A stretch of 64,000 nucleotides of DNA, from the NCBI GenBank assembly GCA_034780895.1, contig JAUZTB010000062.1:12661165-12725164 (forward strand). Reading direction: 5' to 3'. Of this stretch, positions 11,501 to 25,118 are shown in pieces (the first letter of the stretch is position 1; every line of letters starts with the position of its first letter). A program made the position numbers and the translations under genes. The notes under the pieces are model-generated. The model was not told the origin of the DNA. It made no database searches and saw only the letters and a program-made list of their open reading frames with translations. This DNA is from Rhynchobatus australiae (lineage: Eukaryota).

Positions 11501-12864
11501 CCTCTTGGTAACGTCTGACACCCACTTGATTAGCCCTTAACAATTTGGCTGTAATCCAGACCTCGATGCATGGGGAATTCAGCACCTCGTACAGGCAACC
11601 TACCAACCTATTGTGTAGCAGCAAACTGATATGTCATTGAACCACCTCAATCTGACACCTCATTTGCACTGCTCTTATTCAGCCCTTCCACATTAGATCA
11701 AGAAACTGTCGATGAATTTCCTCTAAATTAACAAGCATAAAATACAATTTCAGCAATAGGATGCTCAAGAACGCCAGGCAGATAAAGGGTTTTAGAGTCT
11801 TATAAAAATAAATCAACAGACAGCTAAAACAAAAATAATGAGTGAGGAAAGGATAATTCATGAGTACCTCAACATAGAAGGCAATTGTTTCAGAAATTCA
11901 GTACAATTTAAATGTTGATTTATGCTGCCAAACTGCAAATTTTTTCTAGACAATTAATTATTCACAATGCACAAAAGAAAATTATACACAATAACAGGCT
12001 GATAATGTTTTCCTTATTAAAAAAACGATGTTGTCAAAACCAGCCAAGCTACAGATGTATTTCAAGGCATGGATTGAGAAGCTCTGGGAAATAGGGAAAG
12101 CACACACTTGTTGCGACCCATTAAATTTTGAAAGCAGAGCACAAAAACACACAAGATAACAATGCTCATGCACCCCATTGCTCCTTTTAAAACTTCATCA
12201 TCATGTCCTTTTTTCTATTTCTTACTTCCTAATTTTCAGTATAACATTGAACAGTAACAGGAAAGATGAGCTCAGCTTACACAGACTTGCCACTCACCTC
12301 CCTGATGCAAGAGTTGGCCTCACATTAGGCATGTCTCTTTGCCAAAGGAATCCTACACCAGGAGTTGGAGTGTATAAGGCAGTGGACTTGGGGCCATCCA
12401 AAATATCAAAGCTGATTGAAACTTCTCCTGTCTAAATTTTCCTGCCAAACTGAAGAGTGACATTGGTAATAGAGAGGGAAAACAGAAGCTTGGGGCTATG
12501 GCTCTTGACAGAGTTATCTAACAGAAATAAACAGACGCACTCCGCATCAGGCAATGGAAAAACTGTACTCACAGAGATTTCTCAACAAGTTTGTTTGGAA
12601 AATTTTCAGCCTGACAATGAGCTCCCATAAATATCTGGCTGTAATACGATTCCCTCAAGATGGCTTTATTGAATCGCATCCAGTTTATTATCAATGACCT
12701 TATGTTCCCCAATATTTCTTAATTGAAAATGATTAAACCTGAGGAGAGCTGAGGAGGGACATTGTCTTCTGGCCTCTCAACGTATAATTAAAAGTCTCTC
12801 CATTTTGGTCAGGTCAGATTGGATGGATAAATAGCAGAAGACACAGTTCTAATAAAGACACATA

Positions 12865-12964
12865 NNNNNNNNNNNNNNNNNNNNNNNNNNNNNNNNNNNN
12901 NNNNNNNNNNNNNNNNNNNNNNNNNNNNNNNNNNNNNNNNNNNNNNNNNNNNNNNNNNNNNNNN
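12865..12964. other. Assembly gap (100 N) flanked by a duplicated 27-bp sequence
   Basis: AAGACACAGTTCTAATAAAGACACATA occurs on both sides of the gap. Confidence 0.95.
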
Positions 12965-15900
12965 AAGACACAGTTCTAATAAAGACACATAGGACCAAGT
13001 AAACTAACACACAGAATATGTGAATACAATTTTGACGACAGTAGGAAAATCAAACCAGTTTTTGATTGTACACTCTATGGCCTCCACTCATCATGTTTAA
13101 GAATGCAATCTCTGTGACATCAGAATTTTTCTATTTATGGACCTTGGTCATCAAGCTAAATATTTCACTACTAGTGAGAGACAGAGTGACTTTTGCAATT
13201 TTGTATTCAGTTACCTTAAGCAATTTTAACTCTGTGCATAATAACTGGGGCTTTAAAGTCAATTTAAAGTCACAGCAGTGGGACTGAGAATTTTTGTAGG
13301 TCTCATTGTGACTCAGCAATAACCCTTTGGCCTGCCACAGAATGAAATCACACATGGATTTAAAATGTTATCCTCCTGAGTCGCTGCTACCAGAAGTTTT
13401 TTTCAAAATCCTTCTTGGACCCGTTCCAGACACACCACAGAATCATAAATGATACTTTAAGCCATACAATTTAAATCCAATAGGAATTTAACTTTTTTCC
13501 TGGAATTGAGAAATATATTAATAAGCTTTAAGTCCTCAGTGATTCCACTAAAAGTTTTACAAATGTTAGCGTCTTATTTTGCAATTTTGGTTGAGTTTTT
13601 TTAAAAATATATTCAGGCTTCTTTAAACCCCACTAGTGCTTACATGGCATTCAGGCAAGCAGAGAAAATAGCAATAAAATCTATGAATGTAAATTCCTAA
13701 TTGCCCAAGTGACCGTATTTCAAGTGCGGACTTAACTAAATGGATTTGTTACTTGACAATGGGATGAGTAACAAACAAATCGTATTCTGTTCTCACAACA
13801 TATTTCCAGTTGAGTGTCAATTTTGATTAAAAATGAGAAGGGAAATGATTACCCACAGCCTAACCAATCTAAAACAACTTTCATCAGATTAAAATTTCAA
13901 TCCTTATTTCATATTTCACTTCCAAGGAAAAATGAAAATCAAATTGACTTGGAAATAAAATGAATTTGTTTTGAAAAAAGATCCAAAATTGATTTAGTAA
14001 CCGTTACGCAAAAAAAAACACTTTATCTTTACAGCCAAAAATACTTTGGATTGGAATTGCTTTTCAGAGATTTTATTCTCAACAATTAAATTTGGGAGAC
14101 ATAAAGACTAATAAACATTTGGGAATCAATGCTAACTAATAATTTTGAGGGTTTCAATAAAAGGGTTCATTCTAAATGCTTCAACTTGGACTGTTCAGAA
14201 ACAATCCAAAAAAACTAAGGTTCACGATTTAAGGGGGAATAAAATGTCATCTTTTATCACTATAAAAACAAATGTACTTTATTTTATATTTCTTTCCTTA
14301 TTTTTCTATTTTTTCTTGGTTCTTCTTCCTGCACCATAATTTATTCTCCTAAAATTTAACAACCTTTCAAAAGAAGAGAATTACATGACATTTCATAGTA
14401 GCAGCAGCTTCACACAGAATTTCAAGACTCTTCAAATGTTATAACCCTTCATTGAAAGGACATCTCTTTGTTTATTGTAAAAGGGATTCATCTCTAAAGA
14501 TCACAGGATTTATTAGCTCCCTGATCAAAAACACAGATTTAATTTTTGAGCTCTGAAAAGACAATATTTTCATGAGTTTGCACAGAGGAATAAAATATAG
14601 TGATTTATATTTACTACTGTTCAGCTTGTATTTGTGGACTATATGCATAACCATCCTCTGACCGGAGAAAAAAAATGTAAAGTGGATGAGAATCACTGCT
14701 GTTAGTTCAGCTATCTCAGAACAGCCTATGACTCCCAATCTAAAGATTAACCAACTTCTGTGCAGATAACAAACTATGCCTTACATTTATCCATGCTCTG
14801 TTCAGTATTTTATGTAAAGCATCAAACTTTAAAAAGATATTAACCCAATTTTTGTATAAGTTTAGAGATCTCCAGTCGGGAAAGAATATTGCCAATGCGA
14901 CCACATGCACATGCTGAGCAACTTAATTGAATGGCTTCTGGAACCGCTTACCAAAATAATCGAGTCATCTAATATTTAAAGAAATCTAGTCAATCAAACT
15001 TTTCAGAGATGTAATCGTGATAAAATTTCAACAACTATTTTAGCTCAGTGAATTCACCTAATACACAGTAAGCAACATAAAGAAATCATAGTCATATTTC
15101 CTCTTCCACATACTTAACATGCTTTATTGACATCAGTGAATATTAATCAAGTTAATAATTCAATCATACCCTTTATTGATCTTGTTACAGTCAATTCCAT
15201 ACAATTAATATTTTTACATGTTTATGATGTATCAATAATTCTGATTTCTATCATTTCTAATGATTAAAACCTGTAGCTTTGACATTGGTCTTCACATCAT
15301 GCAATTATTTTGAAAGGCTGAAGTTTTTCAATTTTGCTGAATATTTGATAGAAATATTTTAAATAAACATCGTGACAGGTTTACAGCTGAAGCAGCCAGT
15401 AACGATAAATTACAAAGCTCTACACAGTCCTCCTGTTGTGCTCCAACTGATTTACACGCAGGATTGTCCGAAATATAAAGAAATGAAAGATTGAGAGATG
15501 TCAAAAATATTTTAAAAGAAGTTAATTTTTGGTCATAAATCATTTCAGCCAGAGAAAGTATTTTCTTCAAAACTAATTATTTCTTCTGAGTCAAAATTCA
15601 GAATTTTTTTTTCCAGAGTTCTAACTTGTATGAAGAGATCTCTATTGCCACTGTACAAGATGACATGAAGGGGTCACAATCAGTGATCTCATAAGATGTA
15701 GAATATGAGAGATGAGGAGCAGATCCGCCTGATCACTCTCCTCACAACTTTCTAATCCCGGACTGCCTTTAACAAATTGGTCTCCTATTGCACAATGGAG
15801 TATACCATAGAAATGCTAATTAATTAGGATTAATTCAGTCACCAAGATTACAGTACTAACTAACTCATTCAATTTCACATAGCAACTTTGATACTATTTA

Positions 15901-16105
15901 TCAAATACAATCCATTGTACCATACATCTTTCTTGTTATTTTTGGTTGAAAGTTACATAGCAAATGTATTTTTAATGCAGGTATTTAAATGGGAATGCAC
16001 ATAAAATATTTGTCCCTGAAAGAAAAAAGTTGGAGACAACAGAAAATTTGATTTGCTTAACAGCAGTACCAACACAACTGTATGGAAAAAAAAATCTTAC
16101 TCTTT

Positions 16106-16205
16106 NNNNNNNNNNNNNNNNNNNNNNNNNNNNNNNNNNNNNNNNNNNNNNNNNNNNNNNNNNNNNNNNNNNNNNNNNNNNNNNNNNNNNNNNNNNNNNN
16201 NNNNN
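16106..16205. other. Assembly gap (100 N) flanked by a duplicated ~44-bp sequence
   Basis: AGCAGTACCAACACAACTGTATGG(A)nTCTTACTCTTT on both sides, differing only in poly-A length. Confidence 0.95.
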
Positions 16206-18599
16206 AGCAGTACCAACACAACTGTATGGAAAAAAAATCTTACTCTTTAGTATGAGACACTTTCCCTATATGTGCAGTTCCATTCGAGTGACTTTGTTTT
16301 AAACAAAACATCATTTCCTCTTACCATTGATGTACTATGTGGATCATTCAGCAGAACACCACCCAGAACGAAGATAATGGAGCTTCCTACGGATACAGTA
16401 GAGACAAAATAAAAGCTCAGATCAACAAACCCTAAACTTATTGGAAAAGTAGCTGAGCATGAGGCAGTGGAGCTGAATTTTCCATCCTGGTGAGCAAGCC
16501 CATCAAAGTTGTGCAGTATTAAAAAACAAAAGGAGCCATTTCAGTGTCACAGGTGCCTGAGAGGGCTGAGAAGCCTGTCTATGCAGGCAGGTGAATGATT
16601 GGAAAACCACAAAATGTGCCTGAACTGCTTGAAGATTGTCTACATCTCTCTATATAAAGCTTATTCCAAAGCCAGAAGAAGATGTACACTATTAACAGAA
16701 GCCCAAGGACACTTTTTCTTAGGCTCCATTCATAACTGCAAAGCATGCAAACAACATAGCAATTGTTCTCTCAAATGTCACCTTTCTCGGAGGCCGTTTT
16801 CCCCACAAAACCCTTGCTTTTTCATATAAAGCAACACACTACCTCAAATCTCTCCACTGAAACAATTTACATAAAATATTCTTGTCTGGCCAAAACAATT
16901 TGGCTCTGTTCTAGTGCATTCCAAAAACCTGTTCTTATCCGTCTTCAGTCGATTCAGTAGCGGGCCGATGACACAAAGCCCATATTCAGCAGGATCCATG
17001 GAAGGCCCATTTTTGATTGCCATGTTATCAACAGCATCTGACGAAAACAAAGAAGTCAAAGAAAAGTCCCCGCTCTCACAGTCCAACCTAATATACATAA
17101 TCAGACTGCCCCAAAAATATATTTTAACTCAGGCAAACTATTTCATTAAAGTTCAACTTTCCATCTTGGTACATGGTTGAAGGGTTCCGGTCATTACTAA
17201 GCATTTCCCTGTGTGTCCCTCTGGGTGATCAGATGCCTGGAAGCTTAAAACAACCATCTTCAAATTCTTCTGTCATTGCTACTAGTAGATCAATTCAGTC
17301 AAACTGAGCAATTAGTGATTTATTTTTGATTTGAGAAAAATAGTGAACAAATGCTATAAGAGTAATATTCAGGTGGTAGAAAATATGGCCTGGCTTTCAG
17401 TAACTGAGCCAAGAATGGTTTTTACCACTGTCAGTTGTTAATTTTGAGGAAATCACAGAGTGTTTTATTAAATGGGAATCAGCTGCTGTTTATACAGATT
17501 TTGAAAGACTGAGATGGCAAACAAGGATCATTGTTGAAATGATGGCATATAACATTTGTGGATTGTCAATACTTTGTTATAACTTTTGCTTCAATTTGAG
17601 GGGGTAGCTTCTATTTTTATTGGCATTCCACAAAATGGGTTATTATTGATAATTGAAAAGAAAACTTCACTAACGAGATGCACCAACCTTCAATCTCAAC
17701 AAAATGCAATTAGATTAAAATCAGTAATAATAATTACAAACTGGTACAGGCTTAATTATTTCTTCAACAAAATCTTCATTTCCTTTCATGTGGTTATCCC
17801 AGTCCCAACTATAATTTTATTCTTCCAGCCTTTCCCATCACCATCCTGCCACTGACCAGTGCTTTCCATGAACAAATTGGAATAGTCAGGAGTCCATAAA
17901 AGTATTTTGAAACCCACGTGTAATTTGCCTTAAAACATTAAAAATGAAAACTTAAGTTCTACAGCACTGAGATTGATTGGTTTAAAAAAATTCCAGACAG
18001 GCCATCGAGATGATTTTTTAATTTGGTTTTTAATCAGTTAAAATAAAAAAAAATCAAACTCTGAGTATGAGTGGCAAATGTGGGTAGTTGGAGGACAAGG
18101 TGGCTTGCCAGCACAACACAGAGGGTGTGTAAGAATATAATTGTTTTCTCAAAAGTGCTGTGAGCTCAGAGCCTTTCTACTCAGTATTTGCTTGAATGAG
18201 TTGGACATGGCTGTGAGAAAATACAGAGACTGTCGAGTATGCCATTTAGAGGGTGTGGTCAACTTTGAGAAAGAATACAGAAGGAAATAATACTGCACTT
18301 TCTTTGGAAAGGTAAATTGTGTAAGACGGATTCAATTGTTTTAATTACTTGCTGAATCAGCAGCAGTGTACATGAAACACAAATAGCTCAAGTGACTGAA
18401 GAGATAAATTAGTCAAAAGTTTGTACAAGATGCAATATATGTTGTTTATCACTCGTTCTCGAGTAAGACCTTGACATTTTGTCTATAGTGGGGAAAACAT
18501 GTATGGAGATGAATGACTAAACGAATCTGGGCTCAAAGGTTCCTTTCATACAGGTGACAAAGCATAGGAATGCTGTAGTATCAGTGCTTTTTGATGTTC

Positions 18600-18840
18600 G
18601 AAATTCTCTTTTCCTCTTTGCTTCCTCCATTCTACCTTTGTATGCAGGTACACTAAACTCGACAATCCAATACATTGTTTCAAGTGGCATGTGTCAATGT
18701 TGAAACTCTTCAGGGATGTTCTAAGAAAGTCTTTGAATCCCTTTTTCTGTCCACCATAGCATCATTTGCCCTCAGTCAGCTATGCATGAAGTAGAATGGA
18801 TAAAATAGCAAAGGATGCTCTGATATATTTGTGGACAAGC
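18600..18840 (-). mobile_element. RTE-clade LINE C-terminal remnant
   Basis: Minus strand translates LTEGK*CYGGQKKGFKDFLRTSLKSFNIDT, matching the RTE motif GKRxxGGQKKRFKDxLKxSLKxFxID. Confidence 0.65.
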
Positions 18841-18864
18841 GGGTAACCTCTGAGGGCAATTCAC

Positions 18865-18945
18865 CAGAGAGACTGCAGCGGTTCAAGAAACAGCTCACCC
18901 ACACCTTGTCAAGGGCAATAAATCCTGACCTTGCCAGAAAAATTA
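18865..18945 (+). mobile_element. 3' end of the same CR1-like family as 45180-45965
   Basis: CACCAGAGAGACTGCAGCGGTTCAAGAAACAGCTCACC...GGGCAATAAATCCTGACCTTGCCAG is homologous to 45853-45946. Confidence 0.65.
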
Positions 18946-19079
18946 ATGAATAAAAAATATACAATATGCAACACAGAAAAAAAAGCTTTTGTATCCTCCA
19001 TTGCTGGGTGTCAATTGTGTTCCCTTTAAACAGGAATCCTGACACAGCTAACTTTGTCTCCAGGTTTATCTTCTAAAAA

Positions 19080-19510
19080 AATCCATCCATACCACTCAGT
19101 TAAAAAATATTCCCTGGCTAATAAATTTCTTCCATATTCCCCATTTGGCTTCTTGATGACTATCTTATCTTATAGTCTTCTTTCAGTCTTTTCTACATCT
19201 GGAAACATTCCATGTGTTTGCTCTATTGAAATATTTCATAATTTCAAAGACCTATTAAGTCATTCCTTAGTTTTCGGTTTTCAAGAGAAAAAGAGACTCA
19301 AGTCTGTTCCTGATAGGAATTTCACTTCACATTTCTCAAATCATTCCTGTAAATATTTATTGTATCATCTCCAGTGCCTCTCTATTCATTGAAAAATATG
19401 GCTACCAGAACTGTACACATTAATCCATGGGTGGTCTGATCAAAATCAAAAGGGATTTACTCTTCCATTCCATCCTCTAGAAATAAACCTGGGTTTGGTT
19501 TGGTTTGCTT
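19080..19510 (-). mobile_element. Old CR1 LINE fragment
   Basis: ACCAGAACTGTACACATTAATCCATGGGTGGTCTGA is the reverse complement of a decayed RPHLEYCVQFW region. Confidence 0.6.
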
Positions 19511-20164
19511 TGATTATATCCTGAACAATTTGTGTTTTAAACCAAAGAAATGCCATAAATACAATATAATCACATTATTACTGGACACTTTAAACTGATT
19601 TCAACAAAGACCAAATCTGTTTTGTTTTACCTTCCTGCTATTCGTGAATCACTGATCCAAATTAGGTGTTCATGACTCAGTAAGCCAATAGCCTAGATTG
19701 TAGCGCCAATGCATACTGTCATTACACCAGGAAATTAAAAGTAACTTTGGAAACTCAATTATGCGTAATAACATCTTGCTGTTGTCATTGATTCTACACC
19801 CCTGCACAGGATGCACTGTTTGCAGCCTTCTGTGCTGCAATCAAAGAAAATCCTTAGAAATGACAGAAATTGAAGATATTTACCAATTAGTTCTTATGTA
19901 AAAACATTCCTGAAAATCTTAGGCTTTGTTGAATAAAGTTTTTTTTAAATGGGAAGTCAAGTCATGATAACTGCTTAGCAAACAAACAGGTCCTAAACCC
20001 TTCATCATACACTGAATTGCATTTTTCTCAGATAAGTATTTCAAAGCATATTTTTGTTACTATAAAATGAAATATATTGCCACCAGAACTTCTACCTTAA
20101 TATTATGTGTATCACCCAACTTTTATTTGGTGCTCGGCAAAATGCTTGAGCTTTTAATTCAAAT

Positions 20165-20226
20165 GTGAAGTCTTCAGCTTCAACCTGAAACATTAACACC
20201 ATTTCTCTTTCCACAGATACCACTTG
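20165..20226 (+). mobile_element. Penelope-type terminal fragment running into gap 20227-20519
   Basis: AACCTGAAACATTAAC...TTTCTCTTTCCACAGATAC. Confidence 0.55.
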
Positions 20227-21257
20227 NNNNNNNNNNNNNNNNNNNNNNNNNNNNNNNNNNNNNNNNNNNNNNNNNNNNNNNNNNNNNNNNNNNNNNNNNN
20301 NNNNNNNNNNNNNNNNNNNNNNNNNNNNNNNNNNNNNNNNNNNNNNNNNNNNNNNNNNNNNNNNNNNNNNNNNNNNNNNNNNNNNNNNNNNNNNNNNNNN
20401 NNNNNNNNNNNNNNNNNNNNNNNNNNNNNNNNNNNNNNNNNNNNNNNNNNNNNNNNNNNNNNNNNNNNNNNNNNNNNNNNNNNNNNNNNNNNNNNNNNNN
20501 NNNNNNNNNNNNNNNNNNNCATCTCCGGAAAACCCATCCGCTGAAGGTGGAAATCAGAATCTCCTCCAGAGAGGATCAATATCTTACAGAAGGCTGTCAT
20601 AATAAGCAGGCAACTCTATGTAGAAATAATAAGTGATACCCATAAATAACAACAAGATGGGAGTCTCACTGACGAGTTTACAGTCTTAGTGTCACTTTTG
20701 TATTATTTTTTTTATTTTAATTCAATAGATCTGACAGACATGATGTAGTTCTATTTGGTTCTTCATATCTCATATTATAGCCATTTCAAGTGATACCTTT
20801 GGTTCCACAGTTGATGCATTTATTTTAGGAAGGTGATGACCAAAGACAGAATCATTGCAGCTTAACCATCCTTAACTTCATTTTCAATGAAGGCTAGTCC
20901 AAAATAAAACTTTCTTTCTTCCTCCTTTTTGTCAAACTTCTTCCCTTCAGGAAAATCTAGTCTAAACAAAACAGTGCTATGGTGGGCATGCAGATAGGAT
21001 AGCAGTAAAACAATAAGGAATGTAGATAATATCAAAGTGCAAGAAATAAATTCCTTCGGATATCTGCTAACAGTGGAACAAGACTGGAATAAGAATTATG
21101 TATGTACACAGATCAAAACTAAGTATATTTCACATTATTTAAAATCAAAGGTAAAATNNNNNNNNNNNNNNNNNNNNNNNNNNNNNNNNNNNNNNNNNNN
21201 NNNNNNNNNNNNNNNNNNNNNNNNNNNNNNNNNNNNNNNNNNNNNNNNNNNNNNNNN

Positions 21258-21307
21258 TTTTGTGTGTGTTGCTCCAGATTCCAGCATCTGCAAAATCTCT
21301 TGTGTCT
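21258..21307 (+). mobile_element. Penelope-type terminal fragment emerging from gap 21158-21257
   Basis: GTTGCTCCAGATTCCAGCATCTGCAAAATCTCTTGTGTCT, the same end as 27165-27200. Confidence 0.6.
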
Positions 21308-23039
21308 TATTTATCCTGTAGCACTAATAAAACATCTTAATTGCAGGTTATTGAGAAATATTTAAGTTACTCATTTTCTGCAGAAGAGACAAAGTTTTTT
21401 GCAACAAAGGAACCACACAACTTGTCATGTCTTTCTTTCCCAGTGTGAGCCACATGGCTCAGCTTGTTCCACTGCATCAATGAGTAAATGATTTCTGTCT
21501 CAACCATGTCCTCCAAACTTTTCTCATTACACTGCCTGTGGTCATTTCATATTGAAGAGTCCTTGTCACTAATCCTATTCAGAGAATTTTATTGACTTCA
21601 TAAATTGAAAATAAATCTCAAAACTCTCACTTATTCATGCATGTGTTTTATGGTCTTTTTTTGCATATACCCCTCTTTGAGTTTTCTCTTAAAATATATT
21701 GCTATACATTTACCTATATGACATGGCACTTATCTATTCCTGGAACTCATTCGTGTTTTCTTGAACTCTGTCATATAGTCATTTGCAGCTTGTGCCAACT
21801 CCCACTACTTCTGTTTTCAGAAAAAAATTGAGATGATAGATGGCTGATGGTAGTTGAGATGGCATTTGGCTCCATAGTGTCTGTTGTGGGAGTTATGGGA
21901 GCTGTATTGATTCAGAAATGGCAATTATACATGCACATATATGTGGCATGAATCCTTAGCAGACAGGCTATTACCAATATCTTTGTGGGTTATTTGTGCT
22001 TGGTGAGGGAAGTGATGTTGTATAGAATAATCAAAGCATAGTGGAATGGAAAATTTTCTCTGTGTGGTCTTACACATGCTCTTTAGCACAGTCTTTAAGA
22101 CTATTAACCAAAAAAAAATTTGTTTCTGTGCAGAACTTGTTGAGAATTTGCGTGTTTGATTTGCATCTGTTTTGTGGTTATGTCTGTTCTTTTCTATAAG
22201 TACTTCCTGAGCCAAAGCAATTTTATTCATCACATGATTAAAAACCTCCTTGTCTACATCAGGTTAATAAAATACTTTGAGTTATTTGTAACTTTGAAAA
22301 GGGTTAGGGGAAAGTTAAACACAATTGCTCAGATTGTTCCATTTTTATTTAAAGTCCACCTGTTGACATGCACAACCATCTGCATTTGCTAAATCATAAG
22401 AAAGCAAATGGATGTGCTTCAGGTATTGAAATTATTTGAAGTTACAAGAAGATAGATACATATTTAGTTGCTAGCACAGGATGTATGTGAAATTATTGGC
22501 ATTCTAGAGCACATTCCACACAACAAATGTGTCATGAAAACTATTACTGTGCACTATTACGGATGGAACAAATCAGTACAAAATGAGACATTGTTGCAAG
22601 GTACAGCATGGGTTTAAAATTAAAGTAACCTCTGTCACTCACTACGTAGTTTAGCTATCCCTATAGCCAGAAGAATATTCAAACCAACTGTTTAATTAAC
22701 TTACTTCCCCCCTCCCCACCCCATGTGTATAAACAATGCAAGCACAGCAGGTTAGTGTAACAGCTGAACATGTGACAAGAATAGATTAATGTTATCTCGA
22801 TCCTCCTCTAACAAGCACTAATTGATTTTTTTTTCCACACACTGCATCACTGCCAATAAATTACTGAGTGAGTTTTATGGAACATGAGAAACAAAGTACA
22901 AACGTCTCAATGTCACCTCAGGTGTGAGTTTAAAGAATCTGCTATAAAGGTATGTCATAGCTAGTGAAGGTATTAGAGTTCTGATAAGCATATTTAAACT
23001 TTACTCGTAACCAAACATTATATGTCAACATCAACCCGT

Positions 23040-23480
23040 GCCCAAACTCACTGATCAAGGTAGGCAAATAGCCAATGAATGCAATAAATTATCCTGTTTC
23101 ATACTGGTTGACTCATACCTGATATCCCAAATGAAGATAGTTGTGTCTGTCAAAGGCTAATGATGCAGTCCTAGTCCATCACTACCAGAGTTCCTCAGGG
23201 AAAAATTCCCAGTCCAACCGTCTTCAACTGGTCTTCCATCTTTGATGAGAAATGGGGCTTTTCACTGAGATTTCTCTAACATTTTCTTCTATTCATGGCT
23301 CCTGACAAAGCCCACACCAGTCTACAGCCAGAGCTGATCAATGTTCAAGTTTGGAAGCTGACATTAATAACAAGAATACTAGCTGATGATAAAATACTGT
23401 CTTCTCTCCTGGACCTTCAACCCCATCCTCCAACCCCAGTAGTTCATAAATAGCTGAGATGTCACTTTTCATCTGAAGCT
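23040..23480 (+). mobile_element. Old CR1-like LINE RT remnant
   Basis: TGGTTGACTCATACCT...GATAGTTGTG...AGAGTTCCTCAGGGAAAAATTCCCAGTCCAACCGTCTTCAACTG, decayed WLxSYL...VPQGS.LGPT.F. Confidence 0.55.
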
Positions 23481-23509
23481 CAAAGAGCTACACCAATGCT
23501 TTTGCTACT

Positions 23510-23830
23510 GCACTTTGAGCACTGCATTCACTGCTGAGACACTAGACTGGGATTCTGCACTGGCCTCTCAGGTGGATGGAAAAAGGTTCCATCATTCTTT
23601 CTGTACGATTTCTCCTGATCGATCAATGTTTGCCTCTGAAGAATTAGTAGTAAACAGGTTACCTGGAGACTTTACTCATTACAGGACCTCTCTGTATGAT
23701 CACTGGTCACCATGTTCATCCACATTATAATAGTGGCTACATTTTAAAAGTAGATTTAAAAGTACACTTTAAAACAATTAACTGCTTTAGGATATTCTGA
23801 ACACATGAAGGACTCTATTTGATAGCAAGA
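23510..23830 (+). mobile_element. Highly decayed DeuSINE (SacSINE1/AmnSINE1-like)
   Basis: CACATTATAATAGTGGCTACATTTTAAAAGTA...GCTTTAGGATATTCTGA...ATGAAGGACTCTATTTGATAGCAAG resembles the DeuSINE 3' tail. Confidence 0.4.
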
Positions 23831-23869
23831 ACCATTTACATAGGTTCACATCCTATCAGCTTTTAGTTG

Positions 23870-25118
23870 TAGAGTCTTAGAGATGTACAGCATAGAAACA
23901 GGCCCTTTGGCCAGCTGCATCTATGCCAACCACCATGTCTATATATATTAATCCCACTTGCCTGCATTAATTGTATATCCTTTTAAGCTTTGCTCATTCA
24001 AGTTCCCATCCAGATGCCTCCTATGTGTTGTTACTGTTCCTGCCTCCACCACCTCTGCTGGCAGCTCATTCCAAATACTAACCACTCTTTGTGTGAAAAA
24101 TTTACCCTTCAGATCTCCCTTAAATCTCCTCCCTCCACGTTAAATGTATGCCCTCTATTTCTAGACACCCCTACAATATCCTATCTACATCTCTCATAAT
24201 TTTATATGTCTCTGTCATGTCACCTCTCAGCCTCCTTGGCTCCAGGGAAAACAGACTCAGTCTACCCAATCTCTCCTTGTAACTCAAACCCTCCAGTCCA
24301 AGCAACATGCCTGTGAATCTTTTCTGCACTTTCTCTAGCTTAATTACATCTTTCCTGCAGTGTGGTGACCAGAACTGCACACAATACTCCAGGTGCAGCC
24401 TAACCAATGTTTTGTAAAACTATAACATGACATCCCAACTCTTGTACTCAATGCCTCAGCTGATGAAGGCAAGTATACCATACATCTTCTTTGCCACCCT
24501 GTGTACCTGTGTTGCCACTTTCAAGGAACTATGTACTTGTAGCCCAAGGTCTCTCTGTTCAACAACACTCTCCAGGGGCCTGCCAATCACTGTACCTGGT
24601 TTAACTCCCCAAAATGCATCACTTCACACTTGTCCGAGTTAAATTCTGTCTGCCATTCCTTGCCCACTTTCTCAGTTGATTAATATCCTGCTGTAATCTT
24701 GAACAACCTTCTTCACTATCCACTATACCACCAATTTGGATTATCATCTGAAAATTTACTAACCTGCCACATACATTCTCATCTACATCATTAATATAAA
24801 TGATGAACAGCAGAGGACCTACCGCCAATCCCTGTGGCACACCACTAATCGCAGGTCTCCAATCTAAAAAACACCTCCGTCACTACCATCTGCCTCCTAC
24901 CACCAAGCCAATTTTGTATCCAGTTGGCTAGCTCACCCTGGATCCCATGTGCTCTCACCTTCTGACCAGACTACCATGCAGGATCTTGTCAAAAACCGAG
25001 TTAAAGTCCACATAGACAATGTCTACCACCCTGCCCTCATCAAAACTCATGATCACCTCTTCAAAGAACTCAATCAAATCTGTGAGACATGATTTCCCAC
25101 TCACAAAGCCATGCTGAT
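23870..25118 (-). mobile_element. 5'-truncated CR1 (HER1-like) LINE with RT domain remnant and 3' tail
   Basis: Minus-strand ORFs PQGLAVGPLLFIIYINDVDENV and VRLHLEYCVQFWSPHCRKDVIKLEKVQKRFTGML...RRLRGDM; tail TACAGCATAGAAACAGGCCCTTTGGCC. Confidence 0.93.

Noticed and set aside
20193-20600. Long ORFs spanning N runs (also at 33.1, 42.8, 52.6 and 56.5 kb)
   Set aside because: Artefacts of translating gaps as X
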